From assembly GCF_037042905.1 (NCBI RefSeq), contig NC_087251.1, positions 19,098,001 to 19,158,000 of the forward strand: DNA of 60,000 nt, written 5' to 3'. Below are positions 1 to 13,414 of this stretch, piece after piece (within the stretch, counting starts at the first letter, position 1; the number at the start of each line of letters is the position of its first letter). This DNA is from Lytechinus pictus. Lineage: Eukaryota. Position numbers and translations under genes: made by a program. Below the pieces are notes generated by a model. The model was not told the origin of the DNA. It made no database searches and saw nothing but the letters and a program-made list of their open reading frames with translations.

Positions 1-232
1 TGTTGAAAATAATTCAAACAACGTTGTTTACTATGTGAATCGCACAGGAGTTATTTGAACAGTTCAAACAAGTGTTTGAGATCTTAAACAACCATGCTTG
101 AATTATTGATAATTAAATATTTGAATTTAAATTTTGTTTGTTTAAGATTTTAAACACTTGTTTAAAATATGTAAACAACTACTGTGCGATTCACACAGTA
201 AACAGCGTTGTTTAAATTATTTTTAACAGTGT
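1..232. mobile_element. Palindromic MITE (left terminus just outside the window)
   Basis: 1-95 is the imperfect reverse complement of ~135-230; ends ttttaacagtgt. Confidence 0.6.
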
Positions 233-480
233 TCAATTAAATTTCATTCAATTAAACCAAATTAAGATCGAAATTGAATTTAATGAAACTTTATTCTATC
301 CTTTTAAATCAGTTCAGTTCTACTAAGATCAATTCCATTCAATTCAATTTCATTCCATTAAATCAAATAAGATCGAAATTGAATTTAATGAAACCTTATT
401 CATTCAATGTAAATCAGTTCAGTTCTAAATTCAATTCAATTCACTTCAGCTCAGTACATTTCAGTTTAATTAAATTCGGT
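233..480. repeat. Degenerate (AATTC)n low-complexity repeat with an internal ~105-bp duplication
   Basis: aattc/agttc pentamers; taagatcgaaattgaatttaatgaaac occurs at ~263 and ~368. Confidence 0.7.
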
Positions 481-876
481 TGAACGGGTGTATTTGACGT
501 TCACACCTTGAAATATTATGCTTTATCTTGAAAGTACAGACTTGAAAAAATATGACAGGTAGGCCATGTTGATTTTCTTAAAAAAGAAATTTGATTAAGA
601 TTTCTTCGAAAATAGGTATTTTCATTCATTAGTACTGTTTTACAGGTAAGTTTAAAGAAAAGTACATAATCATCAATGAATTATTGGTATATTTTGTTCA
701 CGAAAATGTTTTTTCTCATTGGTCATGAGTTTCAAGCGCCTTGCAAGAGCGGCATGCACTGAAAAGTCAACATGTGCGCTATTAAGTAGCCACTATTCTT
801 ATTGTTATTAATTACGATTGTTGTATATAAAAAGATAATATTGGTGGGACATGGATTTGGGGGAAAATTGACTTAC

Positions 877-991
877 GTTGCATAAGATCCACTGATTGCC
901 ACATTCAATCGTTTGTTGAATGGTTGGGTTAAAATGACAGAAAGTCCGGTCGAATAGCCATACAGATGAGAATTATACTTTCGGAAAATAT
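877..991 (-). CDS. PLB1: PLB1-like paralog A exon 7
   Basis: [38 protein letters not shown]; 115 nt, same as paralog B. Confidence 0.9.
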
Positions 992-3900
992 CTGCGTGAG
1001 AGCGTTAGAAAAGATATAATCATATTAACAATATTTTTTAATTATTTACAGAGGGAGTCCAAGAATATAGGGGAAAATCCAAGATGAAAATCGTATTCTC
1101 TGAATATCTGAGAGAGAAACTTAGAAAAAAAGGAAGTCTGTTTTCATTTTGTCAAAATGTTCCTACGGGGAATAAAGCCGTATTATAACAAATACAAATA
1201 AAGATTCATATCGTTCTCGGCAGGAACTCTAATGAATAAATGAAAAATGTTAACTTTGAACCTTTAAATTGTGCATCACAAAGCCACTCAGGAAGTATAC
1301 TTAAAAGATGCAAAACTTTCTTGCATTGAAGCAAATTTTAAAGATGTAACATTGTTCTTTTCAGAGCATAAACATGAAAGATTACACATGAAGGTGTTCC
1401 CATGTGCCCCCTTGTACCATTATATTCAGAAAAAAAATAATATTGTCAATCTTGCAACCAGGAAAACAAGTTTACCCTTGGCCTGAATAAAGTAATTGTT
1501 TTGAAGTATATAAGAAGCAACTGTTGCTTGCAGTGAAAGAGTTGTTTAGAGTTTTTCGCATTGAATACTTACTCGGAAGTGTAATGATTTCCTCCAACGT
1601 TTTATCGCCTCCAATACTAGAAAGAAGGACAAAGGTATGTTGATATTTAAGCAATATGCTATAAAAAAAAAAAAAAGGGGGGGGGGTCGTATGTGTCTAT
1701 ATTTTTGTTCTTCTTACTATTATTATTATTCTTTTGTCTTCTTCTTCCTCTTCTTCTTCTCCTTCTTCCTTTCCTCCTCCTCTTTCTTCTTATTCTTCTT
1801 CTTCCTTTACTTCTTCTTCTTCTTCCTTCTTCTCTTCTCCCCTTCATCTTCCTCCTCTTTCTTCTTCTTCTTCTTCTTCCCTTCCTCCTCCTCTTTCCTC
1901 TTTTCCTTCTTCTGTTGTTTCTTCTCCTTGTTCTCCTTCTTCTTCGATATTGATGAAATTTTTATTATCACTACTATCATCATCAAACCATAATAAGGCT
2001 TTCGGACTTTGCAGTAACATGGTCCTCGGTTGAATAGTAAAAGTTTTGATTCCAGTAATCACCTTGATGCTTCCCCTGGGTACTCGAACATCACAGGTGA
2101 GAAAGAGTTTGCACCAGCTCCATACGCCGCCTTCATCGTGGAAATTATGACAAAGAAATATGAGATACGATTTACTTCCAGGTTATTTTCCCTATGAAAT
2201 AAATCATCATATTGTACATGATCGAATTGCCTAAAATTGTAATCTAAATTAAAAGGAGCACAGCATGTGATCCTTTAATAGCAGCTATTGCAGACATCAT
2301 GATGAAAAAAGACATAAAAATCATGATTATGAATTTATTCATTAGTTCAAAATTAGTTCATTCTTGAACTATAAAATTGAATATTTGTAATATCATTCGA
2401 CGTATATTAAAAGCAAGCACCCAGGAACGTCACTTCTAGAGCATACTTATTTAATCCCAAACTGAATAATCATATCCGTGTATATATAATTCTATTAGGA
2501 GTATCATCGATAATGAAACAGGCTATATATACATGATCGGGGATGGACCAAGATGGACAAAAATTATCATCATATAATACAAATTTCCACTGTTAATTTA
2601 AAAAACCATCGTTTATCATAGACCTAACATATTTCAATTTTGTTATCCAAAAATGAAAAGTGAACTGCACTGAACATGAGGTGATAATCATAAAGCAAAT
2701 AAAAAAGGATGGTTTTACTGATATACGATGCATCTTACCGTCAACGAGTCACCTAGAGCACCAATAATCCCGATGTCCCCGGGTCGTAATAAATGAACTA
2801 TAAGAACATAGAAAGAAAGCAACATTATTTTTAATCAACTCAGCTAATCAGACTAGCATAAATTCAGCTGAGATCAATTAGGTGGTTTCAGACCGCCTCG
2901 AAGTTCGCCAGTTCCAGGTATTCTCTGATCGGGAAATTTACCCCGATCAGAAAATACCAGGTATTTTGGCGGTGTGAAAGCAAACTACGCGTAATATCCC
3001 CGAAAGAAAATACCCGATAAATAGTAGGTACTTGGCGAAATTACGAGAACTTTCGCGGGGATTTTTCCAAGGTCGTGGGTATTTTGGCGGTCTGAAAGCA
3101 AATTACGGGAACTTTTAGCCCAGCGTGTCGTTGGGTGCGGCGCCGTGCATGGGTTGCTGCTGGGCTAGTAGTTTTGAATCTCGCGCCTTGCCTGCTTATT
3201 AGACCATACTGCGCATGCTCCTAACTTCAGGAATTTATCCCGAAGTGTATGTTGCGGGGCGGTCTGAATGCAGGAATAATTAATGGGTATTTTTTAGCCT
3301 AAAAATGTTCTCGTAATTTAACGGGGATTCTTGTGATCGAGGCGGTTTGAAACTGTGTGTATACTGTTAGATCGATGCGCCTTAAAAAAAATAGAAGAGA
3401 GCAAATAGTTGCGTAGGCATGGTAGGGGAAAACCGAGTCGGGAGCGAGTAAAGATTTACCATAATGCTGTTCTAAGTTTTCTTGCATGTGTTGATGTAAA
3501 AATTACCTAGGGCGGCTCCTGCTCTGATATGTCCATAATAATTATTTGGTATGATTGGTATTACTAGCATCGAGACGAGCTGATGATGACGACGTCAATA
3601 TTAATTTCATGGTAATAACCGATAAATTCATTTCTCGTCTTGTGAATTATTAGACTCATGGTGCATAATTATAATCAGAAATAATATTCATTTTGAAAAA
3701 ATGTATAGATACTTTGGTTACCGTCACCCCCCATATATGTTGCTTCTCTCTCCTAATCCCCTTTTTACCTGATTCTGGAACAGTTGGCGAAACTGATGCT
3801 GGACAATCAAAGTTTGATCCAACCTAATATAAAACCAAAAGACGTACAGGTAACGAAATCTCAAAGTCTGGTGAAAATGGAATTTACAGAAGGGCGCTTT

Positions 3901-6900
3901 TAATAACAACAGCTCTGTCGGATTACAAAGGAACTTTAATTATCTAATCATAACACCAGTCATAACTTTGCATGGTCAAGTCGTGACCTCTCGTAGATGA
4001 AATTAATAATAAGATTCACAATGTCTGACAAAAGGGCAAGTAGCTGTGTTTCTGTTATCATGGTTATTGTCCTCGTTGTTTAACTAAGCCAAAATATAGA
4101 ATTCATGTATAGACCTTAACAGTGATCCGACATTATATAGCTTCTAAAACAATATTGCTCCGGTCATAATATCTCAGAGGACATATAGGGTTAGGGTAAT
4201 GTCATGGAACCACCTTAACAAGCTGAAAAGGGTTTTACTTTTTGAAATAAATCGGCCATACCAAGCAGGTCTGAAAGAAAATACCTTGTCGATGTTTTGA
4301 GCAACGAAGAGTTCATCTTTTAAGCTGATAGAGGAGTTTTCAAATCCATTTTGAATCTTGAGTAAAAAGTCAGCAGCACCTGCATTGAAAAAAAATAATG
4401 CTAAACTAATAATGAAAATTCAACAATCAGGAACGCAATCGATTTCATTTTAGACAACACATCACATACGAAACGCTATACACCCGTCATTCTGAAGGTC
4501 CGTTATTCCGAAACACGCAAATTGCATAATTTATACCGAGCTGTCTTTAGAGTCCGAAAATAAAAAGGGGTTCGCAAATCCTAAAAATGTGGACATGACG
4601 CCAGCCGCGGGTCCATGGATTTTACTTGGCTACCTGGACCAGTCACTGAACTGGTACTATGATTATCTGAACTACATATACGAAAGACACCAATTTTACA
4701 TCAATTATATACTTGTATACAAATCCATAGGGTTACCATACCTTGCAAGATTTTTTTTTTTTAATATCCTTTATCTGATTATGCTATATTTATGAGTTTA
4801 GAATCATGTGAATAAAAATTACACAATCAGCATGATTATGGTGAAGAGTTTTTTGTTCTCTCTCTCTCTCTCTCTCTTTTATAGCTTATTTATGAGGCGC
4901 CGAATGTACCAATATTATATAGAACAATTATTTGTTATATAATCATTATTTATTAAATAATAACTATTATTTATATATAATTTACATTTTATTTGTAAAT
5001 AACTACTATTATATAAAATATCATTTCTAATTATTTATATATAATTCCAAGTAATACTTCATTATTTGTAAATAATAATAGTTCGACATTCCATTATTTA
5101 TAAATAATGATTATTTGTTTTTCATTATTTATAAATAATGATTATTTGTTTTTCATTATTTACAAATAATGATTATTTGTTTTTCATTATTTATAAATAA
5201 TGATTATTTGTTTTTCATTATTTATAAATAATGATAATTGGTTTTTCATTATTTATAAATAATGATTATTTGTTTTTCATTATTTACAAATAATGATTAT
5301 TTGTTTTTCATTATTTATAAATAATGATTATTTGTTTTTCATTATTTATAAATAATTTGTTGAGTTTTCCATTATTTATAAATAATGATTATTTGTTTTT
5401 CATTATTTATAAATAATGATTATTTGTTTTTCATTATTTATAAATAATTTGTTGAGTTTTCCATTATTTATAAATAATGATTATTTGTTAAATAATGAAA
5501 ACGTCTACTTCATTATTTATAAATAATTTTTTCGAGTGCACCATTATTCTCATTATTTATAAATAATCATTATTTAATGTTCGAGTTTTCCATTATTTAT
5601 GAATAAAGATTATTTGTTAAATAATGAAATATCTACTTCATTATTTATAAATAATAATATTGTTTCAATATCCCATTAATCATTATTTATAAACAATTTT
5701 TACAGTTTGCCATTATATACAAATAATCATTATTTATATACAAATAACCATTATTTATTAAATAATGGAAAACTCGCTATAACATGCAAATGTGGGACCG
5801 CCCATGATATGAATATTCATGATGCGATTTCCTTTTTCGTGATTTTTCTTCACAAATTTTTGTCCATTTCCTCTTCATAATGACATTTCTTGAAGCAATT
5901 TTCTAGGGATATGGTCTGATTGTAATATTCTTCATTTTCTATATAACTTCGTCTTCGTAGAAATATCAAAAAGTGTAATTTTATACGATTTTTCCTACAG
6001 TTCACAATCCCCATAGGCGCGCGTGTACGGTAGGGACAACCGGTGAATCGACGGAGTGCTCTTCATCGAAATACTACGTTGGTTGGTCCCCGGAAGTGGC
6101 GGGCGGAATTTAGCCCGAATCCTCGATGGAAGTCGATCAAGTGCATATGAGCTGAGAGAGTGAAATATCAGTGTACTTGTACAGGCCCTTCTACTTTTTA
6201 TAAATATTTCTTGTTGCTTTTTTTGTTAAGTTAATTTTTCCTGGTGTAGAGATAAGTTTCAGTTCTAATAATGCACTTCAAATACATTTTGGAGTGTCTG
6301 TTTGAGGCGTTTGGGGCGATTTCACCCTGGCCCCAAAATGCTCGCAACGACAATACGGGGGCATGATGACCCCTAAATTTTTAAAAACTTATTTTTCTAT
6401 TGAAAATTATCTCAAAATTCACCAAAAGTGTGCACGAAAGCCTTCGTATTTCACTTTTAAAACTCCAAAAAGTGCCCAAATGACAAGCTTGGTCGCTTCG
6501 CTGTGTCGCTTTCAACTTGAGAAAGTTTACGCGTCTGCTTCCCCCCCCCCCCCTCCTCCGAAAGAAATTATGTATACGGCCATGCTCTAAAGAGCCTGGC
6601 ACATTGATTTATGTATACTTACACAGAATTTTTTCCGGGGGGGGGGGGGGGTGGGGGGAGCAGGACGCGCGTAAACTTTCTCATAAAAATCTTGAAAAAG
6701 CGAAGCGACCAAGCTTGTCATTTGAGCTTGGTCGCGTCGCTGTCTCGCTTTCAAGATTTTTTGAGAAACTTTACGCGCGTCCTAGCTGCTCCCCCCCCCC
6801 CCCCGGTAAAAATTCTGTGTAAGGCCATGATGATAATGTGATAAAAATAATGAAAATGAAAAGTACATATAAATCAATGTGCCATATGCTCTTTTGAGCA

Positions 6901-9900
6901 TGGCCGTTCACAGAATTTCTTTCGGGGGGTGGGGGCAGACGCGCGTAAACGTTCTCAAGTTGAAAGCGAGACAGCGAAGCGACCAAGCTTGTCATTTGGG
7001 CTTGGTCCCGTGGCTGTCTCGCTTTCAAGATTTTTTTGAGAAAGTTTACGCGCGTCATGCTCCGGCCCTGGCCCCCCTGGAAAAAATTCTGCGTAAGGCC
7101 ATGTTGATAATGAGATAAAAATAATGAAAATGAAAGTATACATAAATCAATGTGCCAGGCTCTTTAGAGCATGGCCGTATACAGAATTTCTTTCGGAGGA
7201 GGGGGGGGGGGGATATATCGAAGCAGACGCGTAAACGTTCTCAAGTTGAATGCGACACAGCGAAGCGACCAAGCTTGTCATTTGGGCACTTTTTGGAGTT
7301 TTAGAAGTGAAAAACGAAGGCTTTCGTGCACACTTTTGGTGAATTTTGAGATAATTTTCAATAGAAAAATAAGTTTTTAAAAATTTAGGGGTCATCATGC
7401 CCCCGTATTGTCGTTGCGAGCATTTTGGGGCCAGGGTGAAATCGCCCCAAACGCCTCAAACAGACACTCCAAAATGTATTTGAAGTGCATTATTAGAACT
7501 GAAACTTATCTCTACACCAGGAAAAATTAACTTAACAAAAAAAGCAACAAGAAATATTTATAAAAAGTAGAAGAGCCTTTTTCAAGTACACTGATATTTC
7601 ACTCTCTCAGCTCATATGCACTTGATCGACTTCCATCGAGGATTCGGGCTAAATTCCGCCCGCCACTTCCGGGGACCAACCAACGTAGTATTTCGATGAA
7701 GAGCACTCCGTCGATTCACCGGTTGTCCCTACCGTACACGCGCGCCTATGGGGATTGTGAACTGTAGGAAAAATCGTATAAAATTACACTTTTTGATATT
7801 TCTACGAAGACGAAGTTATATAGAAAATGAAGAATATTACAATCAGACCATATCCCTAGAAAATTGCTTCAAGAAATGTCATTATGAAGAGGAAATGGAC
7901 AAAAATTTGTGAAGAAAAATCACGAAAAAGGAAATCGCATCATGAATATTCATATCATGGGCGGTCCCACATTTGCATGTTATAGCGAGTTTTCCATTAT
8001 TTAATAAATAATGGCATTATTTAATAAATAATGGCATTATTTAATAAATAATGGTTATTTGTATATAAATAATGATTATTTGTATATAATGGCAAACTGT
8101 AAAAATTGTTTATAAATAATGATTAATGGGATATTGAAACAAAATTATTATTTATAAATAATGAAGTAGATATTTCATTATTTAACAAATAATCTTTATT
8201 TATAAATAATGGAAAACTCGAACATTAAATAATGATTATTTATAAATAATGAGAATAATGGTGCACTCGAAAAAATTATTTATAAATAATGAAGTAGATG
8301 TTTTCATTATTTAACAAATAATCATTATTTATAAATAATGGAAAACTCAACAAATTATTTATAAATAATGAAAAACAAATAATCATTATTTATAAATAAT
8401 GAAAAACAAATAATCATTATTTGTAAATAATGAAAAACAAATAATCATTATTTATAAATAATGAAAAACCAATTATCATTATTTATAAATAATGAAAAAC
8501 AAATAATCATTATTTATAAATAATGAAAAACAAATAATCATTATTTGTAAATAATGAAAAACAAATAATCATTATTTATAAATAATGAAAAACAAATAAT
8601 CATTATTTATAAATAATGAAAAACAAATAATCATTATTTGTAAATAATGAAAAACAAATAATCATTATTTATAAATAATGAAAAACAAATAATCATTATT
8701 TATAAATAATGGAATGTCGAACTATTATTATTTACAAATAATGAAGTATTACTTGGAATTATATATAAATAATTAGAAATGATATTTTATATAATAGTAG
8801 TTATTTACAAATAAAATGTAAATTATATATAAATAATAGTTATTATTTAATAAATAATGATTATATAACAAATAATTGTTCTATATAATATTGGTACATT
8901 CGGCGCCTCATACTTATTTGACATTGCATTACAGACGCATGTGAATAATATAATAAACAAAACAAAAGCAAACAACCCTGATAAAGAACACGTTCTCAAT
9001 TCAATTCGTTCTATTTGTTTTCCATTTGTGTGTGTGTCCATGGTGTGTCTATGGGGCACATGTCTTCTGGTTCAGCAAGCAAATGGTAATAGGGGGAATT
9101 GCAACGAAGGATGATATTACAATGGTCAGACTTTCATAAAAAAGTATTGATTAATTGCCATCTCCACATCGAGGTCGTTATGCATTGTTGATTTAAACCA
9201 ATGTCTGAATGGGGGCGGATGGTCCTCTCTCGACACCCTACAAGCGCAAGAAAGTTACAAAAAAAACCAAGAAGATTAAACATTGAATCCGATTACATGT
9301 TGTGTGACTTTAAATCAGTTTCAGACTAAATGCAAATTATACGTCACAGTCACTTTATAAAGCATACCTCCTTCTGTGAAAGTATTAAAGCGAAACTTTC
9401 AAACGTCGTATATAACGATTCGTTGCGATCCGAATTTCAAAGAAATTGTAATATTTGATATGAACATTCCAACAAATAATATATCTGGCGATCTTAGTTC
9501 AAAATTTTGGAAAGTTTGCCTCTTTGGAGGAATAAAAGAAAATTAAATTCTAAATCGTAATGACGTCATCATCGCCTGCGGCTTGAAGCCGATTCGGACA
9601 TTACTCCGAACACAGGTCTTGCCGCAAAACAAAATTATGATCTTATTATTCCATTCATAACATTATGCCGAACTCCAAATAAAATCATTTCATGTTCTTG
9701 GAACTCAATGCAAATTGCAATTCATTAAAAAAAATCGAGTCGCAACGCGTCGCATAGTGTGCGCTATATCATCCCTTTAAAAAAAATTTGTGAGGCCGAA
9801 AAATATCAAAATATCCATGTCGGAAATCGCATCCGAAACACCGACAAATAATGCCGGTGCCTTAAACTACTACACCGGAGAGATGGGGGGGGGGGGGTCC

Positions 9901-11484
9901 GTGTTCGATTCCCGGAAGAAAGATTTCGACTTGATCAAAATTTTCAAAATATGCCGGGGGAGAATTCTCTTCCTCTCTCATTCTCTTTTTTTTTTCTCAG
10001 TCTGTAACAAGAGTTAAGGGCTTATGATAAATCAACAAGTATGGAAACTGTACACTCTAACATAATTTACTCATAATGTGACTTTATGAGAAGAGTACTT
10101 AATATAAATTCTATAAAATATAAGAATAGTTTCTTGTCAAAATGAACAAAATTTTTTAAATGACGTAGACCTATTCATTTGACAAGAATTTAAATCCTGT
10201 TTTTAGTAGAAATATTCTATCAAGTGCCCCTACAAAAACGTATCTCTTAATTTGAGAATATTGTTTTTAAGGGCGTGGTGCCTATTAATCTAAACATCTT
10301 GGCATACACCGACCCCAAGACGTTACAGATTATGCCACGAAAATGAATAACTTTTTTTGTGTTAATTGCGTACCAATTTATAATGACAAAGATCTCTATA
10401 GGATTGACATGAAAATGGGTATTACTGGAAAGAGTATAGAGCAAGCATGCGAGGTCAACAACAGATAATGTTTCCGTAATTTTGCCCATTCGTGTCCTGG
10501 GATTGTTAGGGTAAGTAGAGGCAGGTCACATCCCGAGCCTATAATTAGGTTTACGTTCCTGCTGGGTCCAACCCGCATTTCGACATTCCACAGTTAAAAT
10601 TGAGTTGTATTATATTTATGAATCTCAAGAAGAAAAGGGATGTTAAGAATATATATGTGGACCTGTCTCATGAAGTTTTTTTTTATTCAACTAAGAATTT
10701 CGATGTCCAGCATTGTTGTCGGAATTTCTTAAACAAAAACGGGCGGAGGACATTGTGAAAAATTTGAGGAATGAATTTTCTCATTTGATTTTGGTGTGAA
10801 ACAAGACAGGCGCAACGGGGGAGGGGGTGCGGGTGATCACCCCCTATTATTTTCCAAAAAGTGAAAACATGATAAGATAACAAGAAAAAGTCCAATAAAA
10901 AAGAAAAAGGAAAGGAAAAAATAAGAGAGGCATGAGTCGTACTACCCGGGAATTCCGTAGAAAAAAAAAAAAAAAAAAAAACACGACTTCACCCGTTAAG
11001 TCGTTTGCCCCCTTATTAAAATGCCCTGGCGTCGATCGCTCCTGAGTCCTAGTATGAAATGAATTAAATCATAATGTTCATATGAAACAGGCCAAATTAA
11101 TGTGACGAAAACTCATTAATTAAATCGGAATGTCAGGTCGGGTATTCTCACAGCGAAGTCCATATCTCATATCATCCCCATCAACTTAAACGTGAATTAC
11201 TCTCGAATATCTACATGTACGTCTTTCCTTCGAATCATTCTGCCCCCCCTCACTCTCTCGCATCTACTCAATGATCAACTCATAGCTGCTTCCGGGAGCT
11301 ACTATTGTCATTTCAGTTTGGTAAACATGCATTATACGATGTCTCTGAATGATCTAATCATGGAGGTAAAAGAGATATACTTACTATTTGAGAACTTATC
11401 AGTCGTACAATGCACAGGTGGTAGCAAACCAGTAGATGCGAGAAAGCAAAGAACAAGAAAGCAATATTTCGGTGTGTACCCCAT
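877..11484 (-). CDS. PLB1: Phospholipase B1-like GDSL lipase, paralog A (5' part; gene continues beyond window start)
   Basis: Hand-spliced GT-AG exons (plus coordinates): 11385-11484, 4285-4379, 3769-3823, 2739-2797, 2063-2130, 1573-1616, 877-991. Phases join in frame: MGYTPKYCFLVLCFLASTGLLPPVHC...[44 protein letters not shown]...[31 protein letters not shown]...[10 protein letters not shown]. Carries the PLB1 hallmark VHxLRPGDI..GDSL. Confidence 0.9.
1573..1616 (-). CDS. PLB1: PLB1-like paralog A exon 6
   Basis: [15 protein letters not shown]; 44 nt, same as paralog B. Confidence 0.9.
1695..1945. repeat. (CTT)n/(CCT)n microsatellite
   Basis: Seen directly. Confidence 0.9.
2063..2130 (-). 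CDS. PLB1: PLB1-like paralog A exon 5
   Basis: AAYGAGANSFSPVMFEYPGEAS; 68 nt, same as paralog B. Confidence 0.88.
2739..2797 (-). CDS. PLB1: PLB1-like paralog A exon 4 (catalytic Ser, GDSL)
   Basis: [20 protein letters not shown]; 59 nt; canonical splice sites. Confidence 0.92.
2881..3356. mobile_element. MITE, PIF/Harbinger-like
   Basis: TIR ggtttcagaccgcctcga / tcgaggcggtttgaaac; preceded by TTA; right tip degenerate. Confidence 0.6.
3769..3823 (-). CDS. PLB1: PLB1-like paralog A exon 3
   Basis: [18 protein letters not shown]; 55 nt, same length as paralog B exon 3. Confidence 0.88.
4285..4379 (-). CDS. PLB1: PLB1-like paralog A exon 2
   Basis: tttttcaatgcag|GT GCT GCT GAC...GAC AAG|gtattt; 95 nt, phase 1 to 0, as for exon 2 of the plus-strand paralog (98 nt). 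Confidence 0.8.
5090..5770. repeat. 31-bp AT-rich minisatellite in the left arm of the foldback
   Basis: Unit CATTATTTATAAATAATG (18-bp perfect palindrome) + ATTATTTGTTTTT. Confidence 0.9.
7990..8715. repeat. 31-bp AT-rich minisatellite in the right arm (reverse complement)
   Basis: Same unit inverted; copy arrangement differs from the left arm. Confidence 0.9.
11385..11484 (-). CDS. PLB1: PLB1-like paralog A coding exon 1 (signal peptide)
   Basis: ATG at 11484; hydrophobic MGYTPKYCFLVLCFLASTGLLPPVHC; phase-1 donor A|GTAAGT matches the phase of the next exon. Confidence 0.8.
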
Positions 11485-12956
11485 TTTAATATAACTTCAG
11501 TTCCGAAACGTCTGGTCTGGTCACTAACGTGAGTCAATACATGTATACTCTATAATATACTTTCAATTGGCTTGACATGCTTTCTGTTCTCAGTTCAGTG
11601 CACCTGTTACTTATCCAGTTGACATGCGGCTTTGCATAAAAAGAAATTCAATAGAGGTTTACAAAAGCCCTTTCGAATCCATTACTGTATTACGTGGAGG
11701 TCTTGAAAATACTGTACTTTTGCAGTCATATGAGCATTCACTGCCGGTACGAATTCCCATGACTTCATCGGATCAGATATCAGGGAGTTGAGTTTCTCCA
11801 AAGTAGAATGTACAGCTGTGAATCTGATAATAGCTTATGCGGAGTACAGATCGAGCAGGATGAAAAGTGGTGGACGCAGCGCACAGGGACGAGGGTGGGG
11901 TAGTCTGGCGGGAGTGGCGGGGGGGGGGGGCAGTCAAATGTATTGCTGTACACAGGCATGTGTGACCAAATTATTTTCAAACACCCCCTAAACGTTTTTC
12001 TCTGTGTGCAAGGGAAAAGAAGACAATTCGGGGCAAGAAATTTAGATTGGACTCAATTTTCTTCTGGACCTCATTTCTTGACCAATTTGCATAATTATGA
12101 ACTGCATGAAACATAAAAAATAATTAATAAGAATTTGTAAAGGATTTATACTTCCACAAATTTTGATTCTCAATAGACATAACCAGGGGCCGACTTGACA
12201 ATTTTCGATCTTGTTTTCTCGTGTGTTCACTTTCCGGGAAATAGCAAAGTGAACACAAAATGCAAACATGAAACTAAACAATCTCAAAACTCAAAACAAT
12301 AAACCCTAGCAATAAACATAAACTTAACGGTTTTTTTTCAAATACCGAAATTTGGCATGTTTGTATTTGGTTTGGCGCCCTCTCTTGCACGAAAATGGGT
12401 CAACCTGCATGTTTTAACAATCACAAGCACGTATAAAACACATAGTTCAAATAAATTTTGATTTTCGCTGATTTTTGTAGTGCTTCGTTAAGAGAATACA
12501 AACTGCAACCATATCTACCCCAGCTTGCTCGAGGTGCCGCTTCTTCAGCAGTGCTCATGAACATTCAAGGAATTAATCCTACCATTTACATGATTGGTTG
12601 ACTGTATGAATTTTTGTAGGAACAATTATTATTCCCACTACCTGTAGCCGAGTTCACCAAATAGAATTATCTAACTGTTGTATTGTATATTAATGTTAAT
12701 GTCAAAATCTAAAACCCTAAGCATAACCCATGCATGCCTATCATTAAAGTATATGGTGTGACATCATTTGCCCTAAAAATAATTAGGACTGATAACCAAT
12801 TTTTTAAATTTGTGAGTTCTTCTGGGCAAAAATCTGCTTCACTCTCAACCCTCTTCCTCCCTCCAAAATTCACGGACATGTTGTAATATTATCTCTTTTT
12901 CACTGCATCACCCCCCCCCCCCCATTAAGTAGGACAGTGCAATAGGACCTTATTAT

Positions 12957-13414
12957 ATGGATGGTCCGGGCTGTAAATATTTATATCTAAATAAATAGAG
13001 TAAAATTCACAGAGCATGTCTTCATGAATATTTATTAGGTGGGCTGTCGATGTCACATCCCCACTTTCCCTTTTCTTATTGTTTCATTTTTCATAAATGT
13101 GTAAATGATGTGTCTCCATTATGATAAAATAAGTTGCAGCAATAATTAACTAATGCACTTAATCAACAAAATTTAACAATTATGATTTCATGAATTAACA
13201 TAAGAAAATGGAAAGTGGGGATACGACATCATCAGCCCAAGTAATGAATATGAATAAAGACATGCTTAGAACTGTTTAATCGGAATAATGCAAATCTTTA
13301 AAATGCAATAACTTTGTTATTTTTTTTCCGATTGTGATCAAATTTTCAGCATTTTGCTCTGTAAATTTTACTCTATTTATTGAGATATAAATATTTCCAG
13401 CCTGGATCATCCCT
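12957..13414. mobile_element. Kolobok-like MITE (left tip degenerate)
   Basis: ggatggtccgggctg...cagcctggatcatccct|TTAA; body similar to 20084-20656. Confidence 0.7.

Larger units (their letters stand above)
4891..8912. mobile_element. 4.0-kb non-autonomous foldback DNA transposon with ~1.75-kb inverted arms (IS3EU-like termini)
   Basis: Arms 4891-6620 and 7134-8912 are near-perfect reverse complements. Termini TATGAGGCGCC...GGCGCCTCATA; 6-bp TSD CTTATT at 4885-4890 and 8913-8918; no transposase ORF. Confidence 0.9.

Noticed and set aside
1637..2062. Poly-F/L/S/E/R ORFs
   Set aside because: Translations of a (CTT)n microsatellite in an intron.
5090..8715. Palindromic 31-bp repeats resembling a CRISPR array
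   Set aside because: Units are contiguous with invariant linkers (no unique spacers), there are no cas genes, and the context is a eukaryotic intron; it is a minisatellite within TIR arms.
4891..8912. Assembly artefact (fold-back chimeric read) as the explanation of the large inverted repeat
   Set aside because: A flanking TSD, substitutions and repeat-number differences between arms, and collinear gene exons on both sides argue that it is genuine.
8847..9059. Hydrophobic minus-strand ORF as the signal-peptide exon of paralog A
   Set aside because: It crosses the transposon boundary and its apparent donor has the wrong phase; 11385-11484 fits properly.
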